From positions 1 to 61,898 of the forward strand of contig JALAGF010003123.1 of the NCBI GenBank assembly GCA_030167865.1: a stretch of DNA of 61,898 nt, in the 5' to 3' direction. This document shows positions 44,201-53,328 of the stretch, piece after piece. The notes below the pieces were generated by a model. That model was given only the letters and a program-made list of their open reading frames with translations. It was not told the DNA's origin and did not search any database. A program made the position numbers and the translations under genes. This DNA comes from Craspedostauros australis (lineage: Eukaryota). Position 1 is the stretch's first letter, and each line of letters opens with the position of its first letter.

Positions 44201-47200
44201 ATTCTGCCGGTGCTGTCCTGTCCCCTCCTTGGTCCGCTCTTTCACCTTCATTCGGGACGTCATTCACGAGAGCACCCAGCCGAGCCTTGGACGCATCCAT
44301 GACATCCTGCATGTCCTTCTCCTTCAGCGAGCCGCCGTCAGTTGCCAACGTGCATGCTGTCATCGGCGATAGCTCCAATGAGAACCTGCCGCTCTCGGTT
44401 CTCTCCATCAACTCCGAACGCGTTGGTGTGGAGACCACCCGGATGGGCGCCCCGTTCTGCTTTGGAGATTTGTACGACGGAGGTGGGGGTGGCGAGCTGG
44501 TCTTCAGGGTGCCACCGTTCGTTTGTGGCCTGGGAGATTCAAGGTACGCAGCCTTGTACATCTCGCTCAGATCATCTGTCTTGGTTCCACTGGCAACGTT
44601 CAGCAGCATGTCGTCGGCCCGCCCCGTTGCCTTGGCAATCTTCGCATTGATGTTGAGATACCGCTTGGTGCGTTTGGGTGTGACCAATGCGGCAGCGTTA
44701 TACCGTTGAACGGGGCTCGCCGGTATCTTCTGCTCTTTCGTGTCTTGGGGCTCGAAGCCCATCGCAAAATCGGTCTGGTGGATTGGCTCTGTTTGGGATC
44801 TCTGCATTTTCGGTGGGAACGTTGAATTCCTGTCGCTGGTTGCTGCCTGCTTGCCGCCAACGATCACCTTGCTCTCGGTCAAGTGTTGTGCTGCTTCACG
44901 TATGGCTGCCATGAGATCCGCTGGGATCGAACGTCGGAGCATTGCCACTGATTTCAGGATGAGGACCTCGATCCTATCGGATGTCAAAAACGTCCCGAAT
45001 GGTTGCCCGGCACCATTGACGTTGCTGTTGCTAGACTCGTTGGAATCCAACTCCAGGCGACGCACAGATTTGTCCTTCGCCCACGATGCCTTTTTAAGGG
45101 CATCTGCGACGTTGGCGGGAATTGGGAAACTGTATCGATTCTGTGCTTCGGTCAGCAGCAAATCGAGCTCCATGGCCTGCGGGGATGGTGCAGATGGTGC
45201 TGCGTTCAGCGATTTGGATGACGCCTGTTTTGTTGAGTTATGATACGATCCAGTTGGGAAGGAATTGGTGGATTCTTCGTGCGACTCGGAAACCTCCATC
45301 AGGCTTTCCAAATTCTGCTTTCTCTCGGGCTTGGCGGTGGAGTGCTTGGAATCTCCACTCTTCCTAGTCTTCTTCTTCGTCGTGCTGTGATCGAGTGTGG
45401 CAACTGCGTTTTGGAAGAGATCCTTGAGATCATCGGTGGGAGGACCGAAGTCTGCAAGGCTGTTCATGAACCTTTCGGCAGAGGCGCGCTTCTTGCGTTC
45501 CAGTTTGCCTGAGCTCTTTTTGCCGTTGCCATTGCCATTGCCGTTACCGTGGCTACTGCTATTGTTGCTGTTGTTGGATTCTGCTTTCTTCCGCAACGCC
45601 TTCATTTCGCTGGCTGATACTCGTGTGTTGGTGAGCTTATCCCAGCTCGTGTCAGATTTTGCGGAATGGATGGAAAGATCCAGCGCATCCATGAGCTTGT
45701 CGCGTCGCGACGATGAAGGCTTACGTGGTCTCCTCATGTTGGGTATCCTTCGGGTACTGCTGTGGGCGAGTGGATCTGCATCTTCCATCAATTTGCCCAT
45801 TTTCGAGATCGATGCAGGCTTCTGTGGAACGTCGTTGTCTTGTTTGGGCAAGTATCCCGGCGGGGCCGCATTCATCGGAATGTTCGGATCCTCGTTGTAC
45901 GCATTCGACGCCGCGTTGGCGTCGTCGCTCTCGGTTCCCATTAATTTCTGTTTCGACATCCCTGGCGGAAGTGCAACATTCCTCATCGCCTCCAACAAGT
46001 CAGCAGGCATCGGCCCACCGAAGAGTTGCTCGGCATTTTGGATGACCCCGTCGTCATGCAGAGCACGCACCACCATCAACGATGTCATACCGCCATTGTT
46101 GGAACCAAGGCAGGCCTCTCGCAATGATTCCACCATGTTCTCGGGAATTTCCAAACCATAAGTGGCTTCCGTGTCGGTTACGATGTCTTCAAACGCAGCC
46201 TCGCCAGCGCTATCATCGACCGGCTGCATGGTGCGGGCTCCTCGTTCGGATTTTTCCGTCTCTGCGGCCTTCTTCAACAGAACATCCAGATCATCGGTGA
46301 CGATCTTGGTGAAGGCGGCAAGCGACGTGAGGTCGTCGCTCTTTGTGGCGCGAAGCCGTCCACGCCGCGGGATGTCCCGCGCAGCAGCTGCCAAGTTTTC
46401 GAGATTTCCGCTCTTGGATGGACCAAGTCGACGGAATGGGGTCGATGTGAAGTCCATCGATGCATGCCCATCTCGTTGTATGAATCGGTTGCTGCTGCTG
46501 GTGACCTTCGGGAAGGCCCGCAGACTGGAGTGCCCTGTTGATGGAGGTCGGCGTTCGTTGAGTCTGCTCAAGTCCTTTTCCAGCTGACTTGGTTTCTCAG
46601 ACTTTGGTGGTGAGAAGACACCGCCAATGTCCAACGACAACTCGCTCTCCCTGGACACTCTCGACAGATCATGGCTGCGAGCATCATCTGCCTCTGGATA
46701 ATGATGACTTCCCCTGGATGATGGCAATCCAGATTCTTGGCTTCGGGTTTCTTCCCGTTCCAACCTCTGCTGCTGCTGCTGCTGCTGCTGCTTCTGTCTT
46801 TGCTGCTGTCTTCCGTTTGGTCCTGTCTGGACTTCGGTTGGATTTTCGATTATATCTGTCAACGGGAATGAAATCTTGATCTCGGTCGACTGTTGGCTGA
46901 GGGACCGTGACAAGCCGTTGCCACCACCACCTCCTTGTTGCTGCTGCTGCTGCTGTCCCTCCTCCTTCGATGGCTTCTGATCCTGCTGTCCGAGAGCCAA
47001 GGTGTGAGTACCGTCCACAACAGACACATCGATCGGCGGTTGGTTGTCGTCCATCGTATCCACCGTAAAATCGTCATCCAAACGCAAGGACTGGCTTGCA
47101 CTCAAGCCGCTGGATTTGGAGAGCATCATGAGCGCAGCATTCAGCTCGGGCGACATCTCGTCCTCCATGTTTTGTTCTGCTGCCATTTCTGGCGAAATCT

Positions 47201-50200
47201 CTGGTTCGTAGCGGATGGAGTGTAACGAAGTGGAATGGACCACGGGCACGTCCGAGACTTGTGGCATGATTCCACGCAAGTCAGGCTGAGGTGGGATTTC
47301 CAAGAGATTTGGAGCGTCGAAATTGTACGGATTTGAATGCATGATGGTACCGGCCAGACGCGTTGGTCGGGGCGGTGATGGGTCGGCCCCAACATCATCA
47401 CCCTGCTGCGTTTCTGCAACATTCTCCTTGCCTCTGTCTGCAGACTTGGATGGCGACGTCGCTGGCAATAGCTTGTCTTCGGGGCTTGCCGGCGACATGC
47501 TCCCCAGAATGCCTGGCGTTTCCGCGATCTTGTCCAAGGTTGGACCTCTGTGGTTGCTTGTGCTGATGGTGCCGATACTCTCGCCTCCCTTGCTGCTGTC
47601 GAAGCCCGGGAAGATGTTGTGAAGACTCAACGATGCATCCGCAGAGCTTGTCTTGGTCTCCGCAAGGCTCGTTGCTTCGCTCACCTCTTCTCTCGGCGTT
47701 TGTACGGACCCAGCGCGAGAGCTGCGATGACGCTCGTGACTGTTCCCCCGCTTGGCAAAGTAGGCTGAGATGGTGGGTGATTTCGAGTGGTCCTTCAGTG
47801 CGCTGGACCTGGATGATCCTTCGTTTGTGTTAGTAGCGGTAGTCTCACCACCGCTCTCTTCGATGATTTCTCCATGAAGTTCGGAACTACTGCTGGTGCT
47901 GCCGGTCGTGCTATCACCATCGCTGGCATTGCCGTTGGTCATGTACGAATCTGCCTTGGAGCTGCTGTGGTACGATCCCGTCGATGTGGACATTGGGTCG
48001 TGGCCAGAGTCGTTGCCCTCCAACCGCGATTGCAGCACAAACAACGCCCTTCGCAACGAGATGAGGGTGTTCTGCTCAAAGACGTCACCGTACAGTTGCT
48101 GCGCCTCTCGCAGCATGCGATCAACCTCCTTGAAGTCGATTCGCATGCCGCCGCCCCCGTCATCGAGCTCGTACAGAAGGCTGTCAAATTTCCCCCCTGC
48201 ATCACGCAAGCTCTCAACCAAGGACTGCGGCAACGCGTGATGCAGCTGCCGTTCGGCTTGCTCGATTAGCGCATCGAAGAACTCTTGCTTCAACCGCACC
48301 TTCAGTGTCTCCATCATCGCCAGATCTTTCTGGGTGGATTCCAAGCGCCGCTGCGCAGCAGTGCGAAGCGCGGACACTGCGCTGAGCGGGATGGACCGAT
48401 TGCAAGCCCGTTCGACTTCGTCGATGAGCTTGTAATTCACGATAGCTTCAGCGACTGTGTGGAAGAGTTGCGGCGCATCGGATGCCGATGCCATGCGCGC
48501 ATGCTGCGATGGCGTCAAGCTGCTCATCTCCGTGGCAAGTCTCAGCGACACGTCACGCAGGGCGATGAACAGATCACGTGGCAAGGATTGATCGAGATGA
48601 TGCTCGGCTTCTCGCACGATGGCAATGAGATCCTCTTCCGCTGCCAGGATCTTTGCCGTGGCAATCAAGGGGTCGACGTCCTCCGGTCCATGGAAGGATT
48701 CATTGAGCACGTGCTTTTGAACGGTCAGCGCTGGAGGGGCGCCGCCGTCCGAAAAGCGGCGATTCATCGTCTGTGTGCGCTGTGAGTGGTTCGATAACAT
48801 GAGGTCACTGGCAGATTTGTGCCCATCCATCATCAGGTTGTCCGTGCGATCGGCGTCGTAAAATTCTGCCGCTGCCTTGCAGATGTCATCCAGATTGTCC
48901 ATTTCGTGACGCACGGTGTCCGCAAAGCTGCGCAACGAGTCATGGAATGAAATTGAGTTGAAGGAGTTGTTCCCTTGCTCCAGCGTTGGAAGCATAGACA
49001 TGGTGGCGCGTTTGCTAGGCCGCCTATGCTGCGATTTCTTCTTCTGGGTGAGACTGAGCAATCCCCAGCTGGAGGCCGATGCTGAATTGTCACCGCGCGA
49101 CGCCGTGCTGGCTCTGCTCTGGACCTGATACGAGTACTCCGCGCCGGTGAGCGAGGAGTTACGGGTCTGCGGCGTCGCATCGGATGCGTCGTCATCATAA
49201 TCATACTCGCCGCTGTTCGTGTCGATCCTGTCGGAACTAAGTCTTCGGCTTCTCCGACGGCCGGAACGGTGGTTTCCGCTCCTGTTGCCGTTCCTCCGAC
49301 CTTGGGATGCCTCCGTGCGCTTGTCAACGAAGCGCAACCGTGCCTCCAAGTCAAGTTTCTGAGACGTCGACGATTCGTCGTCGGTGTAGCTCTGTCGAGA
49401 TGATGTTGGTGGCGATTCTGACGGCGGTGGTGGTGGCGACAGTGCGTGCATCTGCATCTGCATGTGTTGTTGTTGTTGTTGTTGCTCATGCTGGCCTTGC
49501 TGCAGCTGTTGGGATTGTTGCTCGCGGATGGACTCCAGCTGACGTGTTAGGTGTTGCACTTGCAATGTCAGTTCCCTCTCCCGTTCCGTCTCCACGTGTG
49601 GCACTTGACTGGACTGGTCGCCGTCTGTGTCGATGGATAGATTATCGCCGGACAGTTCCGAGCCGACCGACGACGACTTCTGCAAGAATCGACGTCGCTC
49701 TTGGTCCTTCTGCGATCTAGAGATGGAGGACCCGCCTGAATTCACGCTGCTGGTGGATGTTAACCGCAGCTGCTGCTTATTTCTTGGCCGTGAGCCGACA
49801 CTGTCGGCGGCTGTCGTGCCTGTTGTGTTGAGATCGTTGGGGGGCCCCTTCGTGTTGGTGGAGAGAGGGAGGAAGTAGTCTGTCGCGTCATGCCTGTCGG
49901 CGTCGCTATTTTCATCGCTGTCCATACCACTCTCATCTCCCTCAGCAGCGGCGCGTCCGTTGCTGGTTTGAGATACCGCGGGTGCCATCTGGCTCAGTTT
50001 GCGTTCCAGTTGTTGGATCTTGATCATGTGTGCCTGATTCTCTTCGAAGAGAAGATCGTTCTGCTGTTGCAAAATTCCGACCTTGCCCTCCAGATATCTG
50101 GTGAGTACTGTGGGTTTCTCCGGGTCCATTCCCATCATTCCAACTGCTTCGTCTTCGCTGCTGATGCCACTGCCGTTGGCGTCGCTGCCACTATCATCGT

Positions 50201-52472
50201 CACCCTGGCGTCGTTCTTCGCCATTCTCGAAGACTGCATCTGTCTGTGCTACTGTTCCTGCTACTGCTGCCGCTCCTGTTTGCGATGACGTGGATGACGC
50301 AGGCAATTGTGTTGGGGTATGAGTTGTTGTGGGGCATGGTGTTGATTCGATGGTCGTGGTGGGACGGCGGTGGTGAGAATCGATGATGATGTCGGATGCA
50401 GTGTGGATGGGCGCTGGCGGTATGTGACCATAATCACGCAAAATCATACCTAATTGTAAGGACTCCTTGCGCAAGTCGGAGTTTTCGTCCTGAAGATCCA
50501 GCAGCTGTCCCGATTGGAACTGCTGCGCTTCCATGGCCTGCGACAGGAGAGTGTTGCGATCCATCATGGCCGATACCAGGCGTTCCAACTGCACTTCGCG
50601 GTTGGACTTGGTGCCGTTGTGGTTGTGGCTGTTATGATGTTGTTGTTGCTGCTGCTGATTGTGCGAATGGCTGTGTGATTGATGTTGGTGAAGGTGGTTG
50701 TTGTGCGAAAAAGAAGCCGCCAAACTGCCGCTGCTGCTGTTGTTGTTGGTGTCGTGATAATAGTTCATACCATTGTTGTTGCTGTTGTTGTTGTTGTTGA
50801 CAGACGTCAATGAATTGTGCAGGTTGGTGTCGGTGGGTGTCGTAGGCAGTTCGATGGACGTAACTTCACCAGTCATGCTGATTCCGCTTGCAGATGCTCG
50901 GCGCATGGATCGGGTGTGATTGGAAGTTGATTTGGCAGTTGCGTTCGTTGCCACGACGTGCTTTTTGTTGTGATGTGGTGGCGGTGGTGTCTGCAGGCTG
51001 GACAGGCTGTTGTCATGGTCGTACTCCTGCATGGTGGATCGCAGCAAGTCTTCAATCTTGGCGGTCAAGGCCGCGACGGAGGTGTTTGTATCAGTCTGCA
51101 GCAGCGGCATGTGCAACGAAGCCGCCGTGGCCATCGTGGAACCGGAGGATATGGTGCTCTCATCCATGCTGTTCGCACGCGACCGGTTGCCGCGTTCCGC
51201 GCTGTACTTGAGAGCAAACCTGAGCATGGCCTCTTGCGTGGATTGGTGCAGGTACTTGGAGGCGTGCTTGAGGATCCACAGGACGTCCTTGGATGCGGCT
51301 TCGTTGGGCTGTATCCTTTGCGGGATGTCGACCAACGCGTTGGGGAATGCATGGATCATGCGCAGCACGATCGCCGGCGTCGTATTCCATTGCACCGCCA
51401 TCCACAGCGGGTACTGGCGCGTGTGGTCCATCTGCGAGCACGCCTGCGGGTAGTATGTTACGAGATAGAGAATGAGGCGTTCCAAGTCCTCCCGCAGCGC
51501 GATGCCCTTCGGTATGAAGTGCAGATAGTTGCATGCCAGATGGATGGGCAGCTGACGGAACGTGAAGTTGGCGGATCGTTCCAGCAGCCGCGCTGACGGC
51601 GACGCCGATGTCCTGGTCGGCGACGCCACGACGGCAGGCACGGGATCGCTGACGCCACAGGAGCATTCGACGGTCGTGACGGGCCATGATATCCTGCGGT
51701 CAGGCGGGTGCATGGCTTGACCGATGCTCGCAGCGCCATCGCTGCTGACATGATGCGAGAATGGGTAGCAGCACAGCCACGTGGATGCTTCCGAGGGACA
51801 CCGTCGCAGGCGTTTGGCGGCCGATGCGAACTTTTGCTGGATGAGCAGCTTGCACAGCACGGTGGGGTTGCGAGCGATGTCCACCTCCTCCTGCACCTCT
51901 GCTTCTTCCTGTCTCCGCATCTTCGGTTGTTTCCTCGACTGGGCCTTTGCCTTTGTGTTTGCGTTTGCGTTGGAGTGTGATTGTGGTGAGTGCCCACCAT
52001 TGGAGGCATGGTTGCCACTGCCACTGCCACTGCCGCTGCTCATCGCCGAGTGTTGGAGTTGGGAGGAATTGATCGAAGACGAAGAGTCATGGTCCATGGT
52101 ATTCGTCTTGGTGGTGGCCCTCCTATTGACTGGCCGCCTGCTTGGCTGCGTCTGCGCCGCTGGTGTTGCCTTGGCTGTGGTTGGGATTGAAGTGCCGCTA
52201 TCACCTTTGCGCAGTGGCGTCGATGTTGCGCTTTGGGGCAGAGGAGCTATTCTCGCTGCTAGCAAAGCCGTCGGAAGCGCCGCGAGAGGCTCGACTTGCA
52301 GCAACAGCGGCGCTTCGCTTGCGGATGGCAGTGTCAGCGAGGAGTGGCCTTCGCGTGGGCGCTGCTGTTGTTGCTTGTTGCTCCCGTGCTTCGCTTCGTT
52401 TCGATTCCCAGGTGCGCCAGTGTTGATGTCAAGGCTGGTGCGGCTGATGATCGGCGAAGACAGCGGAGTCAT
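41298..52472 (-). CDS. Giant (up to 3724 aa) single-ORF protein: N-terminal ankyrin-like domain, coiled coils, ~15 dispersed helix-hairpin repeats in disordered S-rich linkers
   Basis: 11.2-kb uninterrupted ORF. Ankyrin-like 'RQLPIHLAC...YPQACSQMD...YPLWMAV...AFPNAL' at about 51330-51865 and coiled coils at about 49500-50600. The true start could be 52097 (MDHDSS). Confidence 0.9.
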   Translation of the reverse strand: MTPLSSPIISRTSLDINTGAPGNRNEAKHGSNKQQQQRPREGHSSLTLPSASEAPLLLQVEPLAALPTALLAARIAPLPQSATSTPLRKGDSGTSIPTTAKATPAAQTQPSRRPVNRRATTKTNTMDHDSSSSINSSQLQHSAMSSGSGSGSGNHASNGGHSPQSHSNANANTKAKAQSRKQPKMRRQEEAEVQEEVDIARNPTVLCKLLIQQKFASAAKRLRRCPSEASTWLCCYPFSHHVSSDGAASIGQAMHPPDRRISWPVTTVECSCGVSDPVPAVVASPTRTSASPSARLLERSANFTFRQLPIHLACNYLHFIPKGIALREDLERLILYLVTYYPQACSQMDHTRQYPLWMAVQWNTTPAIVLRMIHAFPNALVDIPQRIQPNEAASKDVLWILKHASKYLHQSTQEAMLRFALKYSAERGNRSRANSMDESTISSGSTMATAASLHMPLLQTDTNTSVAALTAKIEDLLRSTMQEYDHDNSLSSLQTPPPPHHNKKHVVATNATAKSTSNHTRSMRRASASGISMTGEVTSIELPTTPTDTNLHNSLTSVNNNNNSNNNGMNYYHDTNNNSSSGSLAASFSHNNHLHQHQSHSHSHNQQQQQQHHNSHNHNGTKSNREVQLERLVSAMMDRNTLLSQAMEAQQFQSGQLLDLQDENSDLRKESLQLGMILRDYGHIPPAPIHTASDIIIDSHHRRPTTTIESTPCPTTTHTPTQLPASSTSSQTGAAAVAGTVAQTDAVFENGEERRQGDDDSGSDANGSGISSEDEAVGMMGMDPEKPTVLTRYLEGKVGILQQQNDLLFEENQAHMIKIQQLERKLSQMAPAVSQTSNGRAAAEGDESGMDSDENSDADRHDATDYFLPLSTNTKGPPNDLNTTGTTAADSVGSRPRNKQQLRLTSTSSVNSGGSSISRSQKDQERRRFLQKSSSVGSELSGDNLSIDTDGDQSSQVPHVETERERELTLQVQHLTRQLESIREQQSQQLQQGQHEQQQQQQHMQMQMHALSPPPPPSESPPTSSRQSYTDDESSTSQKLDLEARLRFVDKRTEASQGRRNGNRSGNHRSGRRRSRRLSSDRIDTNSGEYDYDDDASDATPQTRNSSLTGAEYSYQVQSRASTASRGDNSASASSWGLLSLTQKKKSQHRRPSKRATMSMLPTLEQGNNSFNSISFHDSLRSFADTVRHEMDNLDDICKAAAEFYDADRTDNLMMDGHKSASDLMLSNHSQRTQTMNRRFSDGGAPPALTVQKHVLNESFHGPEDVDPLIATAKILAAEEDLIAIVREAEHHLDQSLPRDLFIALRDVSLRLATEMSSLTPSQHARMASASDAPQLFHTVAEAIVNYKLIDEVERACNRSIPLSAVSALRTAAQRRLESTQKDLAMMETLKVRLKQEFFDALIEQAERQLHHALPQSLVESLRDAGGKFDSLLYELDDGGGGMRIDFKEVDRMLREAQQLYGDVFEQNTLISLRRALFVLQSRLEGNDSGHDPMSTSTGSYHSSSKADSYMTNGNASDGDSTTGSTSSSSELHGEIIEESGGETTATNTNEGSSRSSALKDHSKSPTISAYFAKRGNSHERHRSSRAGSVQTPREEVSEATSLAETKTSSADASLSLHNIFPGFDSSKGGESIGTISTSNHRGPTLDKIAETPGILGSMSPASPEDKLLPATSPSKSADRGKENVAETQQGDDVGADPSPPRPTRLAGTIMHSNPYNFDAPNLLEIPPQPDLRGIMPQVSDVPVVHSTSLHSIRYEPEISPEMAAEQNMEDEMSPELNAALMMLSKSSGLSASQSLRLDDDFTVDTMDDNQPPIDVSVVDGTHTLALGQQDQKPSKEEGQQQQQQQGGGGGNGLSRSLSQQSTEIKISFPLTDIIENPTEVQTGPNGRQQQRQKQQQQQQQQRLEREETRSQESGLPSSRGSHHYPEADDARSHDLSRVSRESELSLDIGGVFSPPKSEKPSQLEKDLSRLNERRPPSTGHSSLRAFPKVTSSSNRFIQRDGHASMDFTSTPFRRLGPSKSGNLENLAAAARDIPRRGRLRATKSDDLTSLAAFTKIVTDDLDVLLKKAAETEKSERGARTMQPVDDSAGEAAFEDIVTDTEATYGLEIPENMVESLREACLGSNNGGMTSLMVVRALHDDGVIQNAEQLFGGPMPADLLEAMRNVALPPGMSKQKLMGTESDDANAASNAYNEDPNIPMNAAPPGYLPKQDNDVPQKPASISKMGKLMEDADPLAHSSTRRIPNMRRPRKPSSSRRDKLMDALDLSIHSAKSDTSWDKLTNTRVSASEMKALRKKAESNNSNNSSSHGNGNGNGNGKKSSGKLERKKRASAERFMNSLADFGPPTDDLKDLFQNAVATLDHSTTKKKTRKSGDSKHSTAKPERKQNLESLMEVSESHEESTNSFPTGSYHNSTKQASSKSLNAAPSAPSPQAMELDLLLTEAQNRYSFPIPANVADALKKASWAKDKSVRRLELDSNESSNSNVNGAGQPFGTFLTSDRIEVLILKSVAMLRRSIPADLMAAIREAAQHLTESKVIVGGKQAATSDRNSTFPPKMQRSQTEPIHQTDFAMGFEPQDTKEQKIPASPVQRYNAAALVTPKRTKRYLNINAKIAKATGRADDMLLNVASGTKTDDLSEMYKAAYLESPRPQTNGGTLKTSSPPPPPSYKSPKQNGAPIRVVSTPTRSELMERTESGRFSLELSPMTACTLATDGGSLKEKDMQDVMDASKARLGALVNDVPNEGERADQGGDRTAPAESSVQADIAAGVESVMYENDDKQAAGNETADADGDANMKIDGEYAPGTFSIEGAPRIPTADEMRGSSSPELPELESLSGPADSTSGDEMHDSKNASAELDAIIAETQEQFGMELPNELIEALKRASIHTLLSETDAMNMSGLSSLMMEALNLDEEDNDGKSLVSDSNDIVSALCNKLSSASSASAATSHAASAAPASAPAPASASSDAVKVEAEPTEEGAKETLTPPSETKNIDPQTLSNQDQHQDQTTAEYDESFLAFITTAEHEYGQKISGEIAGALRSATQKDGEHDINCLHETMITSTMAKASGSLGIDMPTKLTRSFRIAARSFRGLTLSEHFKKQHRSGEDTISYGNASGYFSALSESYISEPDLDDDELRMQYIIDEAKELNGDVPEDFVKTLGQVNTGPDGAAGTVGELETSDSELDYSASTFASFSLSPKGPKADQQPWSIPEREKALELQYMDDRANQPGGEGGGGSSSGILPSDVLAPLNDTLNVQEPANQDTAGANANVNVINGMEKVRLDNDDGKRSSRIAFAYNRESSGHFSEISTDSELEDPKSSELQWTAGSNGDRHQESSMAKGSVASGGQTQEQAPPPPPPMMGGQGSAPSTPQSLAPNKQLGPSILCLLRKTYAEKVPRELCYVLSRSTALSYAMNTDDEIDIILRECAEMTGNQLSADLVVALREASVANRNMDSSTRSRRSRLIRQSSGSFRSSSRSSAMPSIQENSTADGKKRERGNIIEVERIDSISFSPAATRGGDKNRDGTSVTSGDDGTDAQSTTSSITFETKLSLESFTLDDLQTPKTKPLSDRMIESNGTGSDRGTSTPSSGPGQGSGMSPLENSISTIQMSNIGGNNKWRASPSSNGSSTASGLAKNSEMRVQMDLPIHEMTLDLDETDEQFSRDACSRASSSSTETSFSTSKMSNISRASTLPSKTAVLGVNTTLPLEGLESDDLSTIFKEAARRMSR

Positions 52473-53328
52473 CCAGCAGGATTGGTTGTCTGTGTGACTT
52501 CTTGCTGCGATTGGTGCTCTGGTATCGGTCTGCTCTTTTGCGATGTAGTATATGATTATATAATATATAATATGTTATTGTATAATACTCTATTGTGTAG
52601 TACTCTATTGTGTTGTGTCGACACTGTGTTGATGTTGCTATTGATGTTGCTATTGCCTTTCTTGTCCCCGACTTGTCTCTTTGCCGCTCTGTGTTTGTTG
52701 CTATGGCTGGTAACGCTGTCGCTGTTGCTGCAGTCGATGAAGATGGCGATGGCGACGATCGACCTGAGCGGCTTCGTGTTTTGGTGGCAGTGCGCGGTGA
52801 TGCCCCAGATGGGAAGAAACAGGAGGGGAGAAGGAAATCGTGTTCTGCGTGCGCGCAAAGGGCGGGTCGGCAGCAGGTGCGATTGTGCCGTTGTCCCTTC
52901 CTTTCCCTTCTTGATTTCCCGCTCGTCTGTGCGTGTTGTTCGAGTGTCCGAGTCATCAACAACAAGAAAGGGTCACAATAATTTCGAGACATCGTGGGCA
53001 TCAATCGGCGCGGGCAGACTTTATCAACCACAGAATAATCGCGGTCAGCCGATGACATCGTTCCAATTATGATTATGTCCTTTCCAAGTTGGTCCTTCGG
53101 ATAATTGTAGTCTACGTCGATATCTTCATGGGAGTGTAGAGGCAGCAAACCTCCTGTCGTCTTCTTGTGTTCAGAGTATTGGCAGCTTGGCGAGTTGGCA
53201 ACTTGGCAACATTCCGATTGCCATGAGTGCCATACCAATACGTCCACCCTCACAGCTACTATTATCGGTATTGCACTATGTATGCATATGAAGTGAAGTG
53301 GAGTACTCTAAATGAACGACGGCCATAT

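Noticed and set aside
43507-44709. 400-aa plus-strand ORF and many similar antisense ORFs (e.g. 743-1573, 7215-8231, 57022-58173)
   Set aside because: Shadow ORFs opposite real GC-rich genes, with no motifs.
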